Part shown: piece after piece, positions 28,201 to 32,000 of the stretch | Layout of the letters: the number at the start of each line of letters is the position of its first letter | How positions within the stretch are numbered: position 1 is the first letter of the stretch | DNA from: Candidatus Harpocratesius repetitus | GTDB lineage: Archaea > Asgardarchaeota > Lokiarchaeia > Sigyniarchaeales > Promethearchaeaceae | Direction: 5' to 3' | NCBI GenBank assembly: GCA_021498095.1 | Contig: JAIZWK010000001.1 | Location: 300,001 to 332,000 of the forward strand | DNA: 32,000 nucleotides | Position numbers and translations under genes: made by a program | Notes under the pieces: generated by a model | What the model saw: the letters and a program-made list of their open reading frames with translations, nothing else | What the model was told of the DNA's origin: nothing | The model's database searches: none

Positions 28201-29310
28201 AAAGTAATAAACACTCCAAGGACTTGGAGAATGTTCTCCAACTGAAGCAACTAAATGAATTTCTTCCCGAATACTTGGATTTATAATTGATTGCAATCTT
28301 GCACCAAGATTAAATGGTAACCAACTTGGATCAATCCATAGGATAATTACCACAGCTGCAGAAATCGGAATCATTGACCATTTTATCGCCGTAAGGATTT
28401 GTCTATAGCGTTCGGTACCTTTCAATGCATAAAGATAATGATAAGCGATCAAAAACACTAAGAATAGCAACGAAACGACATATTCAGTTTCTTGAAATGT
28501 TTTATTCCAGCTAAAATGACGATCGAGCGAAGATAACAGGAATCCAACACCCACTGTGGTCGTATATGCCATAAAAACTCTGCTATCATATTTATCTGTT
28601 AAGATTAATACTCCTACGATTAAAGGAAGGAGTAAAAAGCCATAAGATAGACCCCCCCAACTTAGTGCCAAATAACCTAAACTTAATCCTGCAAATAATC
28701 CATCTGAAAGTTTGCCGTATTTTGTTGCTCGAATGAAGAATAGGAATTCGAGCAAAATTGCGAATACTCCAATTGTTTCGTTATCATAAAATCCAGCCAC
28801 TGTCCGTTGCATATGTCCTGGAGAAAATGCTAAAAAGAACGCTGCAAACAACCCCGCTCGACGATCCAACACTTCCTTCCCCAAATAATACATTACAACA
28901 ACTGTTAATCCACCCATCACCGCTGGAAAATAATATACAACTTGGAATACGGTGACGTTAAAGCCTATTGCGATCAATAATTTGTAGATCAATGCGTTTG
29001 TGACTAACAATCCTGGACGCAGATTGAACCTGTCGACACCCTCTGGATACCAAAACTTATAATCATGAAAATGGAACCAATTAAAAAATCCCATATCTAT
29101 TAACTTCTTTGTAGAATCATATTGATACCACGGATCGAACGCTTTAATTAGAAACGTTCCTTGCACAACAGGTGATAATCGGACAATGACGGCCAAGATA
29201 AAAATGATCAACAATGAGATATAAAAGAAAGGGGCATCTTTATCGATTTTAACCGATGTTTTAATGCGATCCCCAATATCAGTGAACCATGTTTTTACTT
29301 TATTAGCCAT
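25261..29310 (-). CDS. aglB: Oligosaccharyltransferase AglB/STT3 with long C-terminal extracellular extension
   Basis: FDPWY, YDNE, SVGEH, WWDYG and DNGTW motifs; multi-TM N-terminal half; 1349 aa in total. Confidence 0.95.
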   Translation of the reverse strand: MANKVKTWFTDIGDRIKTSVKIDKDAPFFYISLLIIFILAVIVRLSPVVQGTFLIKAFDPWYQYDSTKKLIDMGFFNWFHFHDYKFWYPEGVDRFNLRPGLLVTNALIYKLLIAIGFNVTVFQVVYYFPAVMGGLTVVVMYYLGKEVLDRRAGLFAAFFLAFSPGHMQRTVAGFYDNETIGVFAILLEFLFFIRATKYGKLSDGLFAGLSLGYLALSWGGLSYGFLLLPLIVGVLILTDKYDSRVFMAYTTTVGVGFLLSSLDRHFSWNKTFQETEYVVSLLFLVFLIAYHYLYALKGTERYRQILTAIKWSMIPISAAVVIILWIDPSWLPFNLGARLQSIINPSIREEIHLVASVGEHSPSPWSVYYFNALIPVLLVIPGIFFALRRANIEDILMVIFVITLFYFTGSMVRIILLFAPAMALIGGYALSTILKFFGTLMKDQPTITRRRKRQLKRTLAKSEGIVVYFMIGILLFVQANHAIDMSADQLGYSELVAAGAFHDWEETFTWMKYNLDSSTVVVSWWDYGYWITTIGNVTTVNDNGTWNQTRIGLTGMAFMQTNEQFSAEVFRALHADYVLVYFGHLLNGLGGDEGKWPWMLRICNDNTKFYEGMSNIPKDNWYGGDDSVDTVFNEDYYVNGSSGKYYASWFNTTLVKLMFADEITSSAQLSDNSPYTAQYLVSALEGSDSQPGRTDSYGNPWTNYDTVNGNYQLQYFTPAYYSINRLVKVFKVDYDALDSAFQIKDTYIDTNGLGYAIIENTGTTSLDLQQLVVSDNVNNYPVNFTVEDGDEEFAPGDTRYVWFDSTEIDREQFGLNDGYHIEAEMKVAESTSTYSFSNNSVSTTVVSPMSGEISIDKGQSYFEYIGSDYSAHLTLQNTGELPLKVNEIHIAGEVYNQTQIESILGRKLLVVPNSTEEIELAGLTLPIATDFSQDASVSIYTIRGPSVQTVISQSITGYSIGFNPSILADLPETAYRFDQSTYQPISSSLSKNVYVNYNNNSYLLDNGTLYLEISNTGDEMFSLQNIITPDDTISIYDIQNAQGEYVNPLEGDNYQLLFVNPGETRKIRAEVSNVELNEPKLIAITATVDGQRVTRNSALFVPRSVTPKVAIINSTDAQTFAFTNETVRLTLKNIGFDPITLDQVVINGTETIELNETMVREGSLSLLPDDIAVIEFPISTFAVNLTNTLSVQVNIDEDVNGFSVSTIDSILPTLEPVFAIVPPGQIYPHQIDETYASVGDDLIHLVIQVENEQVVNIDSIMFSLSGDSNDYQYLNLTAVGGIDLRDEDNNPLTGLTLTGGAADDTTIQLFYLNIDPSVYSITLTQNEPIYLIIRTIAGYEATITLTISA

Positions 29311-29650
29311 ATTAAAAACCTTGTAACAATGTAGAAAGGTGTAATAATGTCACGATAAACTAGGGAGAAAAAGGTAAACTCAATAAAAAATATTGTAGTT
29401 CATTTGTGCAATAAAGATTAAGAAAAGGGAAGGGAATAATCTGTATAATAAAGTTAAACTTTTTAAAATTTAAAATATACAAAGCTCGCAAAATAATGGC
29501 ATAAAGAAATTACTCAAGAAAAAAACTTCATGGATTGCAAATAAAAGAAGAATTAGTGGATAAATTGGAAAATATCTTATTGAAATCAATAGAAATTGAA
29601 TAAAAAATAATTAATAATTACAAAATTGATCACTTTTATAGTTGTATGTA

Positions 29651-32000
29651 TTAATCAGGAAGCAATCCAACCCAAGATTCACCTTCTTTTAAAGCCAATG
29701 GGTTCAACAATGGTAGACTCGTATCCTTACCTTTCACATCTCGATAAACAATTGTACGAATTACTCGATCGGGAATATTAGTCCAAATAACTGTGATTTT
29801 GGCTTCATGAGACAGTTTATTATAATCAAGCATGAAATACACTTGAGAGAAAAACACAGGAATTCGGAGAGTATCTTCCTCTGCATATACTTTGGGTGAT
29901 AAAATAAGCTTTTCATCAATTCCATCATAAAACATTCCCGACAAAGCATGTAAAACACCCCAAATAACAGGACGAGTCATATATGTATATCCACTCCTCC
30001 CAAACAAATTCGTATCCCATGGAAATCCTTCATAAAAACCTTTATCAAAAATCATTTTAATTATCTGCAATCCTGCTTCAACCCGTCCCAGATATATGGC
30101 TTCAAAGGCTTGATATGAAATGGACTGCCATACATAATTACCCATATATTTCTCACCTTGAAGATGACCGTAAACTTGCTCAATTCCTTTAATATTGGCT
30201 TCTAAATAGGGAAGTGGCATTGTTGCTTGTTTTTTAAAGTAACTAAACTTATGAGAATCTACTAAAGTCTGAGTTTGCAATTGACTCATTTTCAGACTTT
30301 TTTCAAATTCAAGTACAGGTTTTAATCCAGAATAGCGGGAAAACCAATCGCCTGCCAAAGCACCGGTAAAAATAGTATCTTTATCAAATGAAGTTCGAAA
30401 ATATCCTTTTTCATTCCATAAATCATACTCAATTTTTGTCAAAACTTTTGAGTATAGATTGTATATATCTTTTGCAGTTTCTTGATGGTGAATTAAGTTC
30501 TCTGTGTCAAATTTCTGCATTTTTAAAGCAAGTTGATGAAGCATTTGTAGAGTACTAAGATATAATATTGCACTGTAAATGAATCCACGACCAAATTCCA
30601 TCACATCATAGGTAGTAATTCCTTCTGGAATATTATCAATTGAAACGCGCTGAAGATATTTCCACATGGTTAAAAAACGCTTCCAATATTTTTTCAGATA
30701 ATCAGTTTTACCTTCATTTAAAATCCAACGCCCCATTTGTAAAATTTGACTCATTGTTAAATCCACCCATTCCCTCTTGCCCTTATTAATTATTTTTATG
30801 GGACGACCATAAGGAACTTCAGCCGTACCCAAAGCAATATCACAATTACCATTTCCATGAGGAACTTTCCCATTTTCAGTTAATTCTAAAAATGTAAGGA
30901 CTTCAGATTCATTCAAGGATGGAAAAAATATAGAAAGAAATATATGACTGGATAAACGTTGATCGTTGGTTCCTGTCAAACCACCAAATGGCCAATCCCA
31001 AGGCACACCCTCAATTGTGTAAAATTTACCTTCTTTCGTGAATACTGAATTAGTTATTATAGCATCCATAGAATTAAGTAAATAATTTTGCAACCAAACA
31101 GGTAAATTAGAATCGGTTAAAATATATTCGAGTGATAAAGATTCAGTATAGAGCATATCGTGGTTATTTACAATATATTTTGATAATTGATCAACAGTTT
31201 GAAAATGATTTAAATAATAATGTCCATAATCAATACCCCAATGTTGGTTAATTAATTTTCGGATTCGTTGCTTTTTTTCAATGACATGCTCCGGCATCCA
31301 CCAAACGACATAAAAATCAACCAAAATATTTGATTCAGGTTCAACCATGAATTTGACAGCAAAAGCTCCACTTTTACCAGTCGAATCTGTCTGCTCATCT
31401 ATTGTTCCATCTACAGAAAACTGCTCCAAAATTGAAGCACGCTCAGCAGATTCATCCCATTGTAGACACTTGGTAATATATAACCGAGATTGAGTTCGAA
31501 TATCTGGTGTATGACAGAATACGTAATAACTCCCTACCACACGGCGCATTGGATCAATTTTTGAGGGATTTAATTTAGTTCCATACATTAAGCCTGAACC
31601 AAAATCTTGTTCTAAATTTTGAATGAAATTATCATTAGATTTATTATATTTTACAGGACCATCAAATGGAACAAGATATTTTGATCCTCCGCTCCCTCCA
31701 ATTCCTAAAATGTTTTGAAAACTAAAAAGTATGGAAGTAAAAATTGGATTATATGTAGGATTTGATATTTTAAACCGAAATACAGATACGGGTAAGGAGG
31801 AATCCTTAGGATTATGAGGTATGAAAGGTGTAAATCCATTCAATTCAATTTTTAAAGGAATGTTAGAATCACCATATAAAATCTGAAAACGGGGAAATTT
31901 TCCTTCAAAAAGAACATTTTCGATTGGATCTATGTTTTTATACTCGGAATTTACTAAAGAATTTTCATAAGATCGCCTTAAAATCCGTGTCGCCATAGTT
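29651..32000 (-). CDS. Glycoside hydrolase family 116 (non-lysosomal glucosylceramidase/beta-glucosidase-like); 5' end probably outside the window
   Basis: SLPVSVFRFKISNP N-domain; FYTIEG (nucleophile), VPHG, WVDL and TTYD (acid/base) motifs. The usual N-terminal GxPLGGxG motif is not in the window and the frame is open to the edge. Confidence 0.8.
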   Translation of the reverse strand, partial: TMATRILRRSYENSLVNSEYKNIDPIENVLFEGKFPRFQILYGDSNIPLKIELNGFTPFIPHNPKDSSLPVSVFRFKISNPTYNPIFTSILFSFQNILGIGGSGGSKYLVPFDGPVKYNKSNDNFIQNLEQDFGSGLMYGTKLNPSKIDPMRRVVGSYYVFCHTPDIRTQSRLYITKCLQWDESAERASILEQFSVDGTIDEQTDSTGKSGAFAVKFMVEPESNILVDFYVVWWMPEHVIEKKQRIRKLINQHWGIDYGHYYLNHFQTVDQLSKYIVNNHDMLYTESLSLEYILTDSNLPVWLQNYLLNSMDAIITNSVFTKEGKFYTIEGVPWDWPFGGLTGTNDQRLSSHIFLSIFFPSLNESEVLTFLELTENGKVPHGNGNCDIALGTAEVPYGRPIKIINKGKREWVDLTMSQILQMGRWILNEGKTDYLKKYWKRFLTMWKYLQRVSIDNIPEGITTYDVMEFGRGFIYSAILYLSTLQMLHQLALKMQKFDTENLIHHQETAKDIYNLYSKVLTKIEYDLWNEKGYFRTSFDKDTIFTGALAGDWFSRYSGLKPVLEFEKSLKMSQLQTQTLVDSHKFSYFKKQATMPLPYLEANIKGIEQVYGHLQGEKYMGNYVWQSISYQAFEAIYLGRVEAGLQIIKMIFDKGFYEGFPWDTNLFGRSGYTYMTRPVIWGVLHALSGMFYDGIDEKLILSPKVYAEEDTLRIPVFFSQVYFMLDYNKLSHEAKITVIWTNIPDRVIRTIVYRDVKGKDTSLPLLNPLALKEGESWVGLLPD

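Overview
AT-rich (roughly 30% GC by eye), gene-dense chromosomal segment, most likely from an Asgard archaeon (Lokiarchaeia-like). That assignment is an inference from a Rab-like GTPase lacking a prenylation motif, an IPGY-type C-terminal sorting signal, an AglB oligosaccharyltransferase and a Urm1-like ubiquitin-fold protein. Recognisable genes: Nudix hydrolase, NikR-family regulator, Urm1/MoaD-like protein, long coiled-coil protein with C-terminal Zn ribbon, beta-helix surface protein, Uma2-like nuclease with heptad repeats, hdrB/hdrC, Rab-like GTPase, nfnA/nfnB transhydrogenase, a broken MFS transporter, NYN-domain RNase, AAA+DUF4143 ATPase, standalone 7TM protein, sugar-type MFS transporter, GH57, rubrerythrin, a very long AglB and a GH116 (probably cut by the window edge). 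I saw no rRNA, tRNA, CRISPR array or transposase. The most unusual signals are: (1) a duplicated, covarying structured element at 17175-17311 directly downstream of the AAA-ATPase/NYN-RNase pair; (2) a small coiled-coil/Pro-rich protein ending in a WH2-like actin-binding motif (269-574); (3) a duplicated EF-hand-like tail on an MFS transporter; (4) a multi-Ig-like extension on AglB. All assignments come from motif reading only; no database searches or folding programs were run.
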